Below, piece by piece: positions 63,661 through 64,000 of a stretch of 64,000 bases of DNA. How positions within the stretch are numbered: position 1 is the stretch's first letter; the number at the start of each line of letters is the position of its first letter. The notes below the pieces were generated by a model. The model ran no database searches. It saw nothing but the letters and a program-made list of their open reading frames with translations, and was not told where the DNA came from. This stretch comes from Escherichia phage DaisyDussoix: the sequence record MZ501058. The stretch is one strand, 5' to 3'. Both the position numbers and the translations under genes were made by a program.

Positions 63661-63979
63661 TATTGAAACTGGTCTAATAGACGGTGAAGATATTGTTAAC
63701 TCCATGCTAGAAGTAACAGTAGATAATATTAATCCTATTTTGGCTGGAGAAACCTCAGATCTTATAGGACTCTATAGCACATTTGATTCTTTGGCTAAAT
63801 TAGCTTTAGACGATGAAGAGATAACCAAAGAAGATCTCGCTACAGCTATGAATATGGCTATTAATGCTTACATCAGTAAACGTACTGATGAACTTGGTAA
63901 ACAGATCAATAAGCGTGATGCTACGCTAGGTCTTATGGAAACGGCCACTATGTTAAGAAGTGGTAAACAACTTCATTAA
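63542..63979 (+). CDS. hypothetical protein (start likely internal, after 63660)
   Basis: track ORF overlaps previous gene by 119 nt. Confidence 0.35.
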   Translation: MLNNIHLKLNRPSYRLTQETSTMTEKKNPLLEQMKEWESNIETGLIDGEDIVNSMLEVTVDNINPILAGETSDLIGLYSTFDSLAKLALDDEEITKEDLATAMNMAINAYISKRTDELGKQINKRDATLGLMETATMLRSGKQLH

Positions 63980-64000
63980 TTTTAGGGGGCCAGGACTTAA

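Noticed and set aside
1-64000. CRISPR arrays, integrase/transposase genes, attachment sites, bacterial housekeeping genes
   Set aside because: None seen: no regularly spaced direct repeats, no recombinase motifs; gene content and promoter architecture indicate a virulent phage genome rather than a prophage or defence island.

Overview
This window reads as the early region of a T5-like virulent coliphage (Tequintavirus-type), not a bacterial chromosome or prophage. Evidence: a 172-aa T5orf172-domain ORF, a 137-aa L-Ala-D-Glu peptidase endolysin, an 855-aa family-A DNA polymerase, a split NAD-dependent ligase, and about 34 copies of the AT-rich T5-type sigma70 promoter (one closely resembling PN25, from memory). 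All identifications are by manual motif reading; no database search was run. Layout: 1-23555 is a minus-strand replication/nucleotide block (helicase, polymerase, primase, DnaB-like helicase, split ligase, large SF2 ATPase, Sir2-like protein, anaerobic RNR NrdD). A divergent promoter region sits at 23556-23898. 23899-64000 is plus-strand: PhoH, NrdA/NrdB, DHFR, thymidylate synthase, RNase H, a cluster of about 26 tRNA genes interleaved with small ORFs and homing-endonuclease genes, then spanin candidates, dNMP kinase, ClpP-like protease, holin, endolysin, phosphatases. About ten HNH and GIY-YIG-like endonuclease genes are scattered through the window. The most interesting unexplained signals are several ORF-free, highly structured segments inside the tRNA cluster (candidate stable ncRNAs or pseudo-tRNAs), endonuclease ORFs whose 3' ends overlap tRNA 5' ends, an HNH gene broken by an 8-bp tandem duplication, and a 600-bp ORF-free G-rich leader upstream of the large ATPase gene. 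tRNA and signal coordinates are hand-folded and may be off by a few nt; CDS coordinates follow the ORF track, with likely true starts noted.
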